NCBI GenBank assembly: GCA_963663225.1
Contig: OY760142.1
Span: 3,072,001-3,136,000, forward strand
Length of the DNA: 64,000 nucleotides
Reading direction: 5' to 3'
Source of the DNA: Nitrospirota bacterium
Lineage (GTDB): Bacteria; Nitrospirota; UBA9217
Made by a program: the position numbers and the translations under genes. Each line of letters starts with the position of its first letter. The stretch's first letter is position 1. Below the pieces are notes generated by a model. The model was not told the origin of the DNA and searched no databases. It worked only from the letters and a program-made list of their open reading frames with translations. This document shows, in pieces, positions 1 through 11,558 of this stretch.

Positions 1-23
1 GCAAATTCGAGCCGGGAACATTC

Positions 24-293
24 GTGACCCGTGAGAAAAATATTTTTTACGACACGGATATGATCCAGGAAAACCAGCGCGAGTCCGTCATGGTATGCGA
101 CGACTGTTCCGGTGTTGTTGTGATCGAGACTTCATCCTCCGCCAATGCACTGTCGGTATGTGTCGACATTCCCCTCGGCGCGTGCAACCGCTGCAGAGAT
201 GAAGGCATGCGCGTTTTTGAAGAAGCGCGCCGAAGCGGCAGCTATAGGCATGCAAAGCTGATCAACAGGAAGGACAAAATCTATCTGCCGTAA
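24..293 (+). CDS. Hypothetical protein with two CxxC pairs (possible Zn-binding); may be the 3' end of a gene entering from the left
   Basis: CDDC and CNRC motifs; frame is open to the window edge; converges on the cytochrome gene. Confidence 0.45.
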   Translation: MTREKNIFYDTDMIQENQRESVMVCDDCSGVVVIETSSSANALSVCVDIPLGACNRCRDEGMRVFEEARRSGSYRHAKLINRKDKIYLP

Positions 294-306
294 TAGCTTC
301 TCTGTG

Positions 307-1068
307 CTAGCGGTTTTGTTCTGATGCGGCCTCACCCTTGATTTTCATATTGAATTTTTTATGGCAGTCAAGACAAATTACCGTTGAAGCAGTATGTCCT
401 TTGTGGCAGACAACGCAATTGATGTCCCCCAGATGAGATTTATGCGGATTCCGGTCCGCAAAATCCTTCGGTTCCGTCTTTTTCGCAAGACCTTCCAAGG
501 TACCGTGGCACTCCAGACAGACCCCATTTTCCACCGTTGTGTCCGGTTGTGGAATGACGCCTCCATGACATTGCAAACAAACAACATTTGCCTTGCCGTG
601 TATGGAGTCAAGATAAGGACCGCCCGACCATGAGGCAAATATCGACTGCTCCAGTTTCATGTCATCTGCCGACAGAACTCCGAGCGATTTGCTACTGCCC
701 GGCACTGAAAAGCGGGATCCGGGTTTCCAGGAATGGCAAACAACACAGTCCACGGACGTATTAGCGTTCGTGTGCGCGCGGTGCAATTTTGCGGAGAATG
801 TATTGCTTTTCTGATTTTCGTTTTTCGAATATTTATGACACGGCACGCATGCGATGATGGAGCTTCCCTTTACCGGCGGATGAGCTGTTGGAAGCATTGA
901 TTTGAAATCCGCATGGCATGAAGCACACGTCTGGCGTGATGCCTTTACACTGCTCTCTTTCTTTTTGCCGACCGTCGCTGTTTCCGCACCGGCAAACGAA
1001 TGCATAGAAAAATAAAAAAATAGAATTAATAACCCGGAAAATAGAACCAGCAATGTTCTTTGTATCAT
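307..1068 (-). CDS. Periplasmic heptahaem cytochrome c (cytochrome c3/Mcc-like)
   Basis: Sec-type signal peptide; seven CxxCH motifs (CASCH, CVPCH, CVVCH, CLQCH, CLECH, CVVCH, CLDCH); NPHKSH motif as in flavocytochrome c haem domains. Confidence 0.93.
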   Translation of the reverse strand: MIQRTLLVLFSGLLILFFYFSMHSFAGAETATVGKKKESSVKASRQTCASCHADFKSMLPTAHPPVKGSSIIACVPCHKYSKNENQKSNTFSAKLHRAHTNANTSVDCVVCHSWKPGSRFSVPGSSKSLGVLSADDMKLEQSIFASWSGGPYLDSIHGKANVVCLQCHGGVIPQPDTTVENGVCLECHGTLEGLAKKTEPKDFADRNPHKSHLGDINCVVCHKGHTASTVICLDCHKKFNMKIKGEAASEQNR

Positions 1069-1094
1069 GTCCGATAATCCTTCTGTTTAAGATG

Positions 1095-1133
1095 AGGATG
1101 CCCCAAGGCGGACCATGAGGCATCCTGTTTTTT
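1095..1133. terminator. Intergenic hairpin between flavoprotein and cytochrome genes
   Basis: AGGATGCC...GGCATCCT stem; the T-run is on the + strand, so on the - mRNA it may act as a stabilising hairpin. Confidence 0.5.
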
Positions 1134-1135
1134 CA

Positions 1136-2698
1136 CTAAGCTTTTGCGGCGTTCGTCCCCGCAATTCTGCCGAATACAACGCAATCGGGAATCGCATTGC
1201 TGCCGAGCCGGTTTGAACCATGCACTCCGCCGGTTACCTCCCCTGCTGCGTAAAGCCGTGGAATCGTATTACCGAAGATATCGACCACTTCCGCTTTGGC
1301 ATTGATACGCAGTCCGCCCATGGTATGGTGAACAGCCGGCCATTGCGCCACCCCGTAGAAAGGCGGGTTAACGATCTGAACCATTGATTTTGGAATGGGC
1401 TTGTTAAATTCCAGATCTTTGCCGTCCGCGATATACTTATTATGCTTATCGATTGTTTCGACAAGCGCGTCTGCAGGCAAACCCAGTTTATTGGCCAATT
1501 CAGCAATGGTATCAGCCTTCGCAAAACGGCCTTTTTTCACTCCAGCTTCAACCTCCTCCGACGAGCCGCCAAACTTTTTCACCATCTCATCACAAAAGAT
1601 TGAATAGGTGGGTTTTCCCGTCTGGCCAAGTCTGAGTTGGGCAAACGACACGACATCGCGACGATCAAGTTCATTTACAAAACGCTTTCCTTGTTTGGTC
1701 ACATAAACGATGCCCGTACCGGGACCATTGAAGGGATACAAAGCAGGTGTATCAAGAATCCCTGTTTCCGGATCACAGAAAGGATAGAGCTGGATAAAGT
1801 TCAATTGCAGTGAGTCTGCGCCAACCGCCTGCGCATAACGGATCATTTCGCCCGTGGCTCCCTTATGGTTGCTGCAGTTGAAATCCGGGGTCAAGAAGGG
1901 ATAATGTGCCTGCCGCATCTTCAGATCACGGCTGAATCCGCCGGAACCGAGGATAAGACCCTTTTTAATCCGGATGTTGGATACCTTGCGGCCCCTCTTC
2001 ACCTCAACACCTAGGACGGGACTCTTGGGATCTGCATTTTCTCTCCAAATCCACGAAACCTCAGTCCCGAGTTGTATCTTGGCGCCCCGTTTTTCGGCAA
2101 TTCTTTTTAAAGCATCAACGTATTCACGCCCAACACCGATTTTTGCCGCATGGGTCCGCGCAGCAGTATGCCCACCAGTACGGAACACAGTAGGTCTAAT
2201 TTCAGCGCCGCCTTCATTCATCATCCAGTTCAAGGCATCAGTGGCGTTATCAGCAAGAACCTTCACCAACTCCGGAATATTATAGTAATCCCCGCCTTTC
2301 AGCGTGTCCTGCATATGGAGTTTCGGGCTGTCGTCTCCCAGATTCAGTTTTTCCCGATAATGGAACTTATCATCATATGATGCGAACACGCCACCATTGA
2401 TGATCGAGTTTCCTCCGTACGTAGGCATCTTTTCGAGGACAACAGTTTTGGCACCGGCGCCGGCAGCTTCCGCAGCAGCCGCTAATCCGGCAAAACCTGA
2501 ACCAATGACAACGACGTCATAGGTTTCGTCCCATTTCTTCGGTAATTTTTTTACCGCTGCTTCAGCGGATCCGGCCGCCGCTAAATTCAGAGCGACGCCC
2601 CCGCCAACCGCAAGTGCGCCGATCGCTGCGCCCTTCAACAGATCACGCCGGCTGATGCCCTCTTTGTCCCCCTTGCCTTTCTGCATATCTTTTCCCAT
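1136..2698 (-). CDS. Tat-exported flavocytochrome c flavoprotein subunit (fumarate/urocanate/methacrylate reductase family)
   Basis: SRRDLLK twin-arginine signal; GSGFAG FAD motif; HHTMGG, GEVTGGVHGSNRLGSN; GAGGAGG RBS. Confidence 0.93.
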   Translation of the reverse strand: MGKDMQKGKGDKEGISRRDLLKGAAIGALAVGGGVALNLAAAGSAEAAVKKLPKKWDETYDVVVIGSGFAGLAAAAEAAGAGAKTVVLEKMPTYGGNSIINGGVFASYDDKFHYREKLNLGDDSPKLHMQDTLKGGDYYNIPELVKVLADNATDALNWMMNEGGAEIRPTVFRTGGHTAARTHAAKIGVGREYVDALKRIAEKRGAKIQLGTEVSWIWRENADPKSPVLGVEVKRGRKVSNIRIKKGLILGSGGFSRDLKMRQAHYPFLTPDFNCSNHKGATGEMIRYAQAVGADSLQLNFIQLYPFCDPETGILDTPALYPFNGPGTGIVYVTKQGKRFVNELDRRDVVSFAQLRLGQTGKPTYSIFCDEMVKKFGGSSEEVEAGVKKGRFAKADTIAELANKLGLPADALVETIDKHNKYIADGKDLEFNKPIPKSMVQIVNPPFYGVAQWPAVHHTMGGLRINAKAEVVDIFGNTIPRLYAAGEVTGGVHGSNRLGSNAIPDCVVFGRIAGTNAAKA

Positions 2699-3057
2699 GT
2701 TACAGCCTCCTCAAAGTTAATGTACTGAGTACCTTAGCTACCGATAAACATTTGCCTCGTGTACGATAATTCCTTTGGAATGCCGTCTCATCCCTCCTTT
2801 CAGTTACGAGTAAAAAGCTGATACTTCAGTCGTCCGTGGGTTTTTATTTTATCTGAACAGACGTTTGCAATCTTTTTTTACTATATCACATTACCATTTA
2901 TTACGAGAAAGCACCCCTGAAAGAAATCAATCTTTTTGCATACGTATTGTTTTTATTCAGAAAAACATAATTAACGGTTGAATTGTACTGTCAGTATCCT
3001 GAAAGAACAAATACTTCTTTGTGTTGATTTTCATCACTTTTTGTGATATCGTTGGCC

Positions 3058-4032
3058 ATGGAATTTAACGAGCTGAGAATTTTCAAAATGGTTGCAGAGG
3101 TCGGCAGTGTGACCCGGGCCGCAGAGCGTCTTAATTGTGTTCAGTCAAATGTGACTGCCCGTATTCATCAGCTTGAAGAGCGCCTGAATGTTCCTCTCTT
3201 CTACCGTAAAAGCCGTGGCGTAGTTCTCACACCGGTCGGACACATTTTTCTTGATTATGCCAAACGCATTCTCAGTCTCCACGAAGAGGCCGTCAGGACC
3301 GTACAAGAGCAGGAGTCACCGAGCGGAAGGCTGACGGTAGGAGCATTGGAATGCGCTGCTGCGCTCCATATGCCGTGGATATTTTCCGAGTTTCGCAGCC
3401 AAAACCCCAAAGTTGAAGTTCAGCTCCTTACCGGTACGTCAGCGCAGATGATTTCCGCTCTTCTCGAGTATCGCATTGACGCCGCCTTCGTCGGCGGCAC
3501 AATTGACCATCCTGACCTGATAGGTGAAGTGCTTTTTAAAGAAGAATTTGTCCTTGCCTGCCCAAAAGGAACGAATCCTCAAATCAAGAAGAAAGGCCAG
3601 GACATTCTCGTTTTCCCAAAAGGCTGTTCCTTCAGGCCGGCGATGGAGAACTGGTTGCGGGAAAATGATATCAGCGCCTACCGTCTGATGGAATTCAATT
3701 CAGTTGAAATGATACTGGCGTGTCTCTTTAACGGCATGGGTATTTCCTTTTTACCGCGCGCCGTCTTCGCACACGGCAATTATGACGACAAAGTCATGGC
3801 GTATACACTTCCTCCCGACATCGCAATGTTGCCGATTAATTTCGTACGAAGAAAAACAGTATCTGAATCAAAAGCATTAGCGGCTTTTGGCCTTTCACTG
3901 AAACAATGGGTCCGCTCAAGCAGACTAGAAACCACCAATCTACGCATACCCCGTCCCACAAAAAAAAATAATCCAAGACTCTTCCGCGTTTCTAAAAAAA
4001 TGATCCCGTCTCATCGTCTCAGCGTATCGTAA
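3058..4032 (+). CDS. LysR-family transcriptional regulator, divergent from the flavoprotein operon
   Basis: GSVTRAAERLNCVQSNVTARIHQLEE HTH plus substrate-binding domain; ATG 3058 chosen as start. Confidence 0.93.
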   Translation: MEFNELRIFKMVAEVGSVTRAAERLNCVQSNVTARIHQLEERLNVPLFYRKSRGVVLTPVGHIFLDYAKRILSLHEEAVRTVQEQESPSGRLTVGALECAAALHMPWIFSEFRSQNPKVEVQLLTGTSAQMISALLEYRIDAAFVGGTIDHPDLIGEVLFKEEFVLACPKGTNPQIKKKGQDILVFPKGCSFRPAMENWLRENDISAYRLMEFNSVEMILACLFNGMGISFLPRAVFAHGNYDDKVMAYTLPPDIAMLPINFVRRKTVSESKALAAFGLSLKQWVRSSRLETTNLRIPRPTKKNNPRLFRVSKKMIPSHRLSVS

Positions 4033-4206
4033 TCTCACGCCGGAAAATATTCCGTATAAAGCCGCTATCCTCCATGCATCAGCGCAATTATGTTCCCTGA
4101 ACAAACCACTACGGCTGGACCAGTGCGCTTCTTACTACCAAATTTCACACAACATCAAAGCGCATTTTATCGATTTTTCTCGACATCTAATCAGTCTTAC
4201 CGTCTC

Positions 4207-4233
4207 TTAAGTTTTCGGTTGGAATGCCGATAA
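4207..4233 (+). promoter_or_regulatory. Sigma28 (FliA) promoter of the chemoreceptor gene
   Basis: TTAAGTTT-N11-GCCGATAA versus consensus TAAAGTTT-N11-GCCGATAA, upstream of an MCP. Confidence 0.8.
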
Positions 4234-4365
4234 AATGATCACGAAGCGGAGTTGTGCTGAGTATGCATTAAATAATGCACAAGATAACAAATAGTTGCGC
4301 TGTTATCACCACGAGAAAAATTCCGGCCCCCCTTCCGGCGCCGTAAAAAAAGTGAGGAGTGTATA

Positions 4366-6069
4366 ATGAATAAAATTGGGAAAATGACCTTTGCTAAGAG
4401 GCTGGCCTTCACCACCATCTTAAGCTGCGTGCTGGTGGCCGTACTGCTCTGCTGCATAGCAGCCTATCAGAGCTATTCGGGAGCGAAGGACAGCATCGCG
4501 GAACTGAGAAAGAACCTGTTTGCCGACTACGACGCTCTTGCCAAATCGGAGGTTGAAACCGCGGTTTCGATGCTCCAGAACATTCATGATCGCCAGGAAA
4601 AGGGTGAGCTGAAAGCGGAGCAGGCCAAAACCCTTGCCGCGAATGTGCTGCGGGGGCTCCGGTTCGGGAAGGAAGGGTATTTCTGGGCTGACACGATTGA
4701 AGGCGTGAACGTGGTTCTGCTCGGCAAAAAGGATTTTGAGGGGAAGAGCAGGATCAACCTGCAGGATAAAAAGGGAAAATACTTTGTGAAGGAATTCATA
4801 GAGAGCGGCAGAAAAGAAGGTGGTGGATTCATTGACTATTATTTCACCAAGATGGGGAGCGACATCCCGATTTTAAAGCGCGGTTACACCCTTGAATTCA
4901 AGCCCTGGGGATGGGTTGTGGGCACCGGCAATTACGTGGATGACCTGGAAGCCATTATCGCGAAAGAGGAGAAGAAACAGGCTGCCGATACCAGAAGAGT
5001 AATTACTGTTCTCCTTCTTTCCGCCCTGATTGCCGCACTGGTGGCGGTCGGCGCGGCGTCGATGACCTTCAGAAAGACCATGGCGCAGCTTGGCGGGGAG
5101 CCGGATGAGCTTGCGAACATTGCCGGTAAAATCGCCGACGGAGACCTGACGGTGCGATTTGACAATGGAAAGGTGCATACCGGCGTGTATGCACAGATGC
5201 AGCGCATGACCGAAAGCCTCAAGAATCTGGTAGGAGAGATCAAGACCGCTTCAGCCAGCGTGGCATCAGGAAGCGAAGAACTGAGTGCGAACGCCGAAGA
5301 AATCACCAAGACCATGCGCGACCAGAGCAACCGGGCGACCCAGATTGCCACTTCAGCCGAGGAAATGTCCCAGACGATTGTGGATGTTGCGAAAAACTCT
5401 TCGGAGATTTCCACGTCAGCAGCCAATACCTCCGGAATTGCAAAGAAAGGCGCAAACATTGTGGGCCAGTCGGTTGAGGAGACAAAGGCCATTTCGGAAA
5501 CCGTGGCTAAATCCACTGCGGTGGTGCAGACTTTGGGCGACCGCTCCAAGCAGATCGGTAAAATCGTCAGTGTTATCAATGACATAGCCGATCAAACCAA
5601 CCTGCTTGCCCTGAATGCTGCCATTGAGGCTGCCCGTGCCGGAGAGCAGGGCCGCGGGTTTGCCGTTGTTGCCGATGAAGTCAGGAAGCTTGCGGAGCGC
5701 ACCGCCAATGCCACGTCGGAAATCAGCCAGATGATCGGGGCGATCCAAGGAGAAGTCGATTCCACGGTTGCGACCATGGCGACCACCAATGAAAAGGTGG
5801 AGGTCGGTCTGAAGTTTTCTACGGAGGCCGGTACGCAGCTCGAATCGATTGTTACGAGCGTAAATACGCTCCAGAACATGGTGCAGCAGATTGCGTCGTC
5901 CACGGAAGAGATGTCGGCGACTTCGGAGATGATTTCGGGTGACATTCAGGCTGTGGCGAACGGCGCCAAACAGATATCCGGAGGGTCCGAGCAGATTGCC
6001 CAGGCCTCGTCCGAACTTGCACGACTCGCCGGACAGCTCAAAAGCACCGTCGACCACTTTAAAGTCTAA
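4366..6069 (+). CDS. Methyl-accepting chemotaxis protein with Cache sensor domain
   Basis: Two TM segments around a Cache domain ([17 protein letters not shown]); [38 protein letters not shown] signature. Confidence 0.96.
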   Translation: MNKIGKMTFAKRLAFTTILSCVLVAVLLCCIAAYQSYSGAKDSIAELRKNLFADYDALAKSEVETAVSMLQNIHDRQEKGELKAEQAKTLAANVLRGLRFGKEGYFWADTIEGVNVVLLGKKDFEGKSRINLQDKKGKYFVKEFIESGRKEGGGFIDYYFTKMGSDIPILKRGYTLEFKPWGWVVGTGNYVDDLEAIIAKEEKKQAADTRRVITVLLLSALIAALVAVGAASMTFRKTMAQLGGEPDELANIAGKIADGDLTVRFDNGKVHTGVYAQMQRMTESLKNLVGEIKTASASVASGSEELSANAEEITKTMRDQSNRATQIATSAEEMSQTIVDVAKNSSEISTSAANTSGIAKKGANIVGQSVEETKAISETVAKSTAVVQTLGDRSKQIGKIVSVINDIADQTNLLALNAAIEAARAGEQGRGFAVVADEVRKLAERTANATSEISQMIGAIQGEVDSTVATMATTNEKVEVGLKFSTEAGTQLESIVTSVNTLQNMVQQIASSTEEMSATSEMISGDIQAVANGAKQISGGSEQIAQASSELARLAGQLKSTVDHFKV

Positions 6070-6325
6070 TGCAACTCGGTCGTGTTGATGTGAAATATTT
6101 TGAAAATCAAAAAAATTACCGATAGTTCAAAACTCTGCATACAATTCCTGCAAAACCAAGCCGGGTGTATTCTTCTTCCAGAAAAGAAGAAGAATACACC
6201 TTCTAAAATCGGACAAAATTGGGAACCTATCACAAAATTACGGTTACGAACCATTTGGAGCGCTGTAAGTATCAAAATTCTAATGAAAAAATGTTGTTAG
6301 TCGCGACGTTGTACGAAAAGGGCTC

Positions 6326-6355
6326 TTGACTTTAACGTAGTGATTGGAGTATATT
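6326..6355 (+). promoter_or_regulatory. Putative sigma70 promoter of clpC
   Basis: TTGACT-N18-TATATT. Confidence 0.45.
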
Positions 6356-6400
6356 TTAAACAAATACAAAATTCGCAGAAGCGAAGGCGGTTACTTCATT

Positions 6401-8842
6401 ATGATGTTTGAAAAATTTACAGAGCGCGGAAGAAAGGTAATTGTCTATGCACGCGAGGAAGCAGAGCGGCTGCAGAATGATTACCTCGGCACAGAGCATA
6501 TACTCCTAGGGACGCTCCGTGAGGAAGATGGAATTCCGGTTGCGGTCCTGCGAAAAATGGGCATTGACATCGATCAGATTCGCATTGAGGTCGAGCGCAA
6601 TCTCCCTTCAGGTGGAAATACGCTCACCTTCGGAGATATTCCGTTTACTCCCCGTGCCAAGAAAGTCCTCGAATATGCCGTTGAAGAAGCCAGACTTCTC
6701 GGACACAATTATATCGGCAGTGAACACCTCCTTCTCGGACTGATCCGTGAAGAAGAAGGTATTGGCGGAAAAATCCTTCGCAGCTTCGGTGTTAATCTGC
6801 TTGGTTCCCGTCAGCTTGTCATCAATTATCTTCGCCGGGCCGCCACACAGGTAAGTTCGAAAAAGAGCGCAACGCCGGCCTTGGACGAGTTCAGCAGAGA
6901 TCTAACCCAGCTGGCAAAAAATGGAAAGCTTGACCCGGTCATCGGACGTGATCACGAAATTGATCGGGTGCTGCAAATACTTTCACGAAGAACCAAAAAC
7001 AACCCGGTTATTATTGGGGAACCCGGCATCGGAAAAACCGCAATTGTTGAAGGGCTTGCACAAAGGATCATAAACACCGAGGTACCTGAAAACATAGCGA
7101 ATAAACGCGTGGTTTCCCTGGACCTTGGTGCTCTTATCGCCGGGACGAAGTACCGCGGCCAGTTCGAAGAACGCTTGAAAGTCGTCATGAAGGAAATCGT
7201 TCAGGCAGATAATATTATCCTGTTTATTGATGAGCTGCATACGTTGGTCGGAGCAGGAGCTGCAGAAGGTTCTATTGATGCTTCCAGTATGCTGAAACCG
7301 GCATTGTCCCGCGGAGAAATCCAATGTATCGGCGCTACCACGCTTGATGAATTCAGAAAGCATATTGAAAAAGACGGTGCACTCAAACGCCGCTTCCAGC
7401 CTATTTATGTGCAACCTCCCAGTCTGGACGAAACGATCAATATCATCAAAGGACTTCGTCCAAAATATGAGGCCCATCATAAGATAAAAATTGCCGATGA
7501 AGCCGTTGTTGCTGCGGCACGGCTTTCAGACCGGTATATTACCGATCGTTTTCTCCCTGACAAGGCAATCGACGTCATTGATGAGGCAGGTGCAAAAGCG
7601 AAGCTTCATCGGTATACGTATCCTGCAGAAATGAAATCCATCGAGAAAAAACTCAAAAAACTCGACCAGGAAAAAAATCTTTTCTCCAGAATTAAAGACT
7701 ACGTTCGCGTGGAATCCATCCACGAAGAAGAAGATCGTCTGCGTGAAGCTTTGGATGGAATCCATAAAGACTGGAAAGATTCACAAGAAAAAAATATCCC
7801 GACAATCAGCGAAGAAGACATCGCAGTAATTGTTTCCCATATCACCGGAATTCCCCTGTCCCGGCTTGAGGAAAAAGAAGCGTCCCGGCTTCTCCGCATG
7901 GAAGATGAACTGCACAAAAGAATCGTGGGCCAGGATGTTGCAATCGAGGCGGTATCGCGCGCAATACGCCGTTCACGGGTGGGCTTGAAAACCCGCAAGC
8001 AGCCTATTGGCTCTTTTATATTTCTCGGACCTACCGGAGTCGGGAAAACCGAATTGGCACGCTCGCTCGCAACATTCCTCTTCGATACTGAAGACGCCCT
8101 TATCCGCGTCGACATGTCGGAATATATGGAAAAATTCAGCTCGTCGCGCCTCGTCGGATCACCTCCCGGCTATGTGGGGTATGATGATGGCGGCCAGTTG
8201 ACGGAAAAAATCAGACGCCGGCCTTATTCTGTGGTGCTGTTCGATGAAATTGAAAAAGCACACCCAGACATCTTCAATATGCTTCTCCAGGTGCTTGATG
8301 ACGGTTTTATGACCGACAGCTTCGGGAGAAAAGTGGATTTCCGAAATACCATTATCATCATGACCTCTAATCTCGGCACCAGAATGATTGATAAGGAAAC
8401 ATCACTTGGGTTCCAGCAGCAAAGCATGAAGACGCAATACGACAAGATGAAAGACAATGTGATTTCCGAACTCAAAAAATCCTTTAACCCTGAGTTCCTT
8501 AACAGAATTGACGAAGTGGTCGTCTTCCATCCTCTTACCCAGGAGCATCTCTTCAAAATCGTTGATATGCTCGTGGCTGAGTTGAACACGCAGATGATGG
8601 TCGACAGAAGTATCCAACTCGAAGTCGCCCAGGAAGTAAAGGAATGGCTTATCCAGGAAAATTTCCAACCCACGTACGGCGCACGACCGATGAGACGCGC
8701 AGTGCAAAAGTATCTCGCGGATCCGCTTTCAGAAGATATCCTGAGAGGGCGTTTTAAGGATATCCATAAAGTACATGTGATACTGAGAGACGGCGGAGTT
8801 GAGTTCAGAGAAGAAGAACCCGCAGAGCTGGCCAAAGTTTAA
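6401..8842 (+). CDS. clpC: ATP-dependent Clp protease ATP-binding subunit ClpC
   Basis: MFEKFTER start, Clp-N repeats, two AAA+ modules ([16 protein letters not shown]), short middle coiled coil. Confidence 0.93.
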   Translation: MMFEKFTERGRKVIVYAREEAERLQNDYLGTEHILLGTLREEDGIPVAVLRKMGIDIDQIRIEVERNLPSGGNTLTFGDIPFTPRAKKVLEYAVEEARLLGHNYIGSEHLLLGLIREEEGIGGKILRSFGVNLLGSRQLVINYLRRAATQVSSKKSATPALDEFSRDLTQLAKNGKLDPVIGRDHEIDRVLQILSRRTKNNPVIIGEPGIGKTAIVEGLAQRIINTEVPENIANKRVVSLDLGALIAGTKYRGQFEERLKVVMKEIVQADNIILFIDELHTLVGAGAAEGSIDASSMLKPALSRGEIQCIGATTLDEFRKHIEKDGALKRRFQPIYVQPPSLDETINIIKGLRPKYEAHHKIKIADEAVVAAARLSDRYITDRFLPDKAIDVIDEAGAKAKLHRYTYPAEMKSIEKKLKKLDQEKNLFSRIKDYVRVESIHEEEDRLREALDGIHKDWKDSQEKNIPTISEEDIAVIVSHITGIPLSRLEEKEASRLLRMEDELHKRIVGQDVAIEAVSRAIRRSRVGLKTRKQPIGSFIFLGPTGVGKTELARSLATFLFDTEDALIRVDMSEYMEKFSSSRLVGSPPGYVGYDDGGQLTEKIRRRPYSVVLFDEIEKAHPDIFNMLLQVLDDGFMTDSFGRKVDFRNTIIIMTSNLGTRMIDKETSLGFQQQSMKTQYDKMKDNVISELKKSFNPEFLNRIDEVVVFHPLTQEHLFKIVDMLVAELNTQMMVDRSIQLEVAQEVKEWLIQENFQPTYGARPMRRAVQKYLADPLSEDILRGRFKDIHKVHVILRDGGVEFREEEPAELAKV

Positions 8843-8880
8843 AACAGTTTACGATCACCATTACAATAAACGATATAAAA

Positions 8881-8916
8881 AACCCGGAAGACGCGATGTC
8901 ATCCGGTTTTTTTTTT
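8881..8916 (+). terminator. Rho-independent terminator after clpC
   Basis: CCGGA...TCCGG stem followed by a 10-T run. Confidence 0.7.
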
Positions 8917-9013
8917 AAATAGTTGTTGCGCGAATGGTATATGATCAGCATCCTACTCAAAGGCACTGAAAGCAAGCGGTATACAGCATATCAAATCCGG
9001 CTCTGGTTGTGAC

Positions 9014-9058
9014 AAAATAAAAAAGGAAATAGGAATTCATAACTGGCTCCTATTTCCT
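9014..9058 (-). terminator. Rho-independent terminator after pnp
   Basis: AGGAAATAGGA...TCCTATTTCCT stem with T-tract on the - strand. Confidence 0.75.
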
Positions 9059-9085
9059 CGTTTCTTACTGAATTTTACTACAGAA

Positions 9086-11185
9086 TTAATCTTTTGATCT
9101 TTCTTTTTCCCGCATGGCTTCTTTGCGCGACAACCGTATCTTGCCCTGCCGGTCGATTTCAAGGACCTTTACGAGAACTTCATCGCCTTCTTTGAGCTCA
9201 TCAGTCACTTTTTCAAGTCTGCGTTCGGATATCTGGGATATATGCAGAAGGCCATCAGTGCCGGGAAAAATCTCTACAAAAGCGCCAAAGTCCATAATTT
9301 TTCTGACTTTTCCCATATAGAGTTTTCCAACTTCTGCTTCCTGCACAATGCCTTTGATAATTTCTCTGGCCTTGTTCGCCGCGGCCTCGTCTGCGGAAGC
9401 AATATTAATTGTACCATCATCCTCTATATCGATTTTTGCGCCCGTTTGTTCCACAATACTGCGGATTACTTTTCCACCGCTCCCGATCACGTCCTTGATC
9501 TTATCCTGATTAATCTTCATGCTGATAATTCTGGGGGCAAAGGGATTCAGATTCTGCCTCGGTGCTGCGAGCGTTTCTATCATTTTCCCCAGAATATGCA
9601 GACGACCGTCTTTTGCCTGCTGCAGAGCGGTCCTCATAATGTCGGTGGTGATGCCTTCGATCTTCATGTCCATCTGCAGTGCGGTAATGCCCTGGCTGGT
9701 GCCCGTCACTTTAAAGTCCATATCGCCAAGGTGGTCTTCAAGGCCGAGAATATCAGAGAGAACAATTACCTTGTCGCCCTCTTTAATAAGCCCCATGGCG
9801 ATACCGGCAACAGGCGCTTTAATCGGAACCCCGGCATCCATAAGCGCAAGAGTGCCGCCGCAGACCGTTGCCATGGAAGAAGAACCATTGGATTCAAGAA
9901 TGTCGGAGACCAGACGTATTGTATACGGAAATTGCTGCTTTGTCGGGACCATCGGCTTGAGAGCCCTCTCCGCGAGCGCTCCATGGCCGACTTCCCTTCT
10001 TCCCGGTCCCCGCAGAGGTTTGGTTTCCCCCACACTAAACGGGGGGAAATTATAATGGAGCATAAAAGTCTTGAAATATTCACCTTCCAACGAGTCTATT
10101 CTCTGCTCGTCTTCCGATGTGCCGAGTGTGGCCACGACTAACGCCTGGGTCTCGCCACGGGTGAAGAGCGCCGACCCGTGTGTGCGCGGAAGAAGGCCCA
10201 CCGTGGAGCTTATCGGTCGTATTTCTCTGGGTTTTCTTCCATCTGCGCGAATATTTTTTTCCAGAATAATCTTCCGGACTTCATCTTTTTCAATATTAAA
10301 AAAAATGGTTGATATTTGAAGATTTCTTGTAGGATCATCCTCTTTTTTCAGCTTCTGCTTTATTTCTTCGAGAAGAGCATCCAGGGTTTTCTGCCGTTCC
10401 ATTTTATTAGGAATTACAATGGAACTTCTCAGGCGCTCCATGGCCAAGGCCGCCACCTGTTCTGCAAGGTCTTTGTCAATTTCAACGGTCTTGACCGTCC
10501 GTTTTGGGTGGCCAACTTTCGCTACAAGTTCATTCTGAAGCGCTACTATTTTTTTGATTTCAACATGTGCCAGCTCGAGCGCTTCAAGCATCTGAGCTTC
10601 CGTCAGTTCGGCAGCTCCGCCTTCGACCATCATGATTGCATCAGCGGTACCTGCAACCACAAGGTTAAGGCTGGTCGATTCCAGTTCTTTTTGGCCCGGA
10701 TTAACAATGAATTTTCCTTCAACCAATCCCATCCGAACAGCACCGACGGGGCCGTTAAAGGGAATATCGGAAATCGAGATGGCGGCAGAAGATGCAATCA
10801 TTCCCATAAGATCCATGGAGCTCTCGTCACCTATGGAAAGAACGGATGCAATAATCTGCGTATCGAAAAAATACCCGTCAGGAAATAACGGTCTGATAGG
10901 TCTGTCAATAAGCCGCGATGTCAGGACTTCCTTCTCACTCTGCCTTCCCTCGCGCTTAAAAAAACCGCCCGGAATTCTTCCTGCGGAATAGGCTTTTTCC
11001 TGGTAGTCTACTGTCAGCGGTAAAAAATCGACGTTCTCCCGTTCAACTTTAGAGGCAACTGCCGTTGACAGAACCACGGTGTCACCATATTTAGCGACGA
11101 CGGCGCCGCTGGCCTGTTTGGCCATAAGTCCTGTTTCAAGGATCAGCCGTTTACCACCAATTACTGTTTCTACTGTTGTAACCAT
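9086..11185 (-). CDS. pnp: Polyribonucleotide nucleotidyltransferase
   Basis: Two RNase PH domains (GRIPGGFFKREG, RREVGHG, ESNGSSSMA), KH and S1 domains. Confidence 0.98.
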   Translation of the reverse strand: MVTTVETVIGGKRLILETGLMAKQASGAVVAKYGDTVVLSTAVASKVERENVDFLPLTVDYQEKAYSAGRIPGGFFKREGRQSEKEVLTSRLIDRPIRPLFPDGYFFDTQIIASVLSIGDESSMDLMGMIASSAAISISDIPFNGPVGAVRMGLVEGKFIVNPGQKELESTSLNLVVAGTADAIMMVEGGAAELTEAQMLEALELAHVEIKKIVALQNELVAKVGHPKRTVKTVEIDKDLAEQVAALAMERLRSSIVIPNKMERQKTLDALLEEIKQKLKKEDDPTRNLQISTIFFNIEKDEVRKIILEKNIRADGRKPREIRPISSTVGLLPRTHGSALFTRGETQALVVATLGTSEDEQRIDSLEGEYFKTFMLHYNFPPFSVGETKPLRGPGRREVGHGALAERALKPMVPTKQQFPYTIRLVSDILESNGSSSMATVCGGTLALMDAGVPIKAPVAGIAMGLIKEGDKVIVLSDILGLEDHLGDMDFKVTGTSQGITALQMDMKIEGITTDIMRTALQQAKDGRLHILGKMIETLAAPRQNLNPFAPRIISMKINQDKIKDVIGSGGKVIRSIVEQTGAKIDIEDDGTINIASADEAAANKAREIIKGIVQEAEVGKLYMGKVRKIMDFGAFVEIFPGTDGLLHISQISERRLEKVTDELKEGDEVLVKVLEIDRQGKIRLSRKEAMREKERSKD

Positions 11186-11218
11186 GAAACCTCACTCTTC
11201 TTCTAATTTGTTGTAATG

Positions 11219-11482
11219 TTACTTTCTGATACCGAGTTGGTCAATGACCTGACGGTAACGGTCCAGATTATTTTTCTTCAGGTAATCCAGATGACGACGA
11301 CGCTGGCCGACCATTTTCAGAAGACCTCTCCGTGAGTGATGGTCTTGTTTATGGGTCTGCAAATGTTCCGTCAGATGATTGATGCGACCACTCAGAATCG
11401 CAATCTGTACTTCCGGAGAACCCGTGTCTGAAGCATGCCTGCGATAATTTGTGATCAGACCGGCTTTTTGTTCCTTATCCAT
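11219..11482 (-). CDS. rpsO: 30S ribosomal protein S15
   Basis: [27 protein letters not shown]; AGGAGG RBS before ATG 11482. Confidence 0.97.
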   Translation of the reverse strand: MDKEQKAGLITNYRRHASDTGSPEVQIAILSGRINHLTEHLQTHKQDHHSRRGLLKMVGQRRRHLDYLKKNNLDRYRQVIDQLGIRK

Positions 11483-11558
11483 AACCGCACCCTCCTTTCT
11501 TCCAATGCTTTTAAAACAAGACAAAATATCATATTTACAGTACGTTGTAAAGCATTAT

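Noticed and set aside
2737-2800. Possible 17-aa leader ORF (MRRHSKGIIVHEANVYR) on the - strand upstream of the flavoprotein
   Set aside because: AAGGAGG is only about 1 nt from the ATG; no other support
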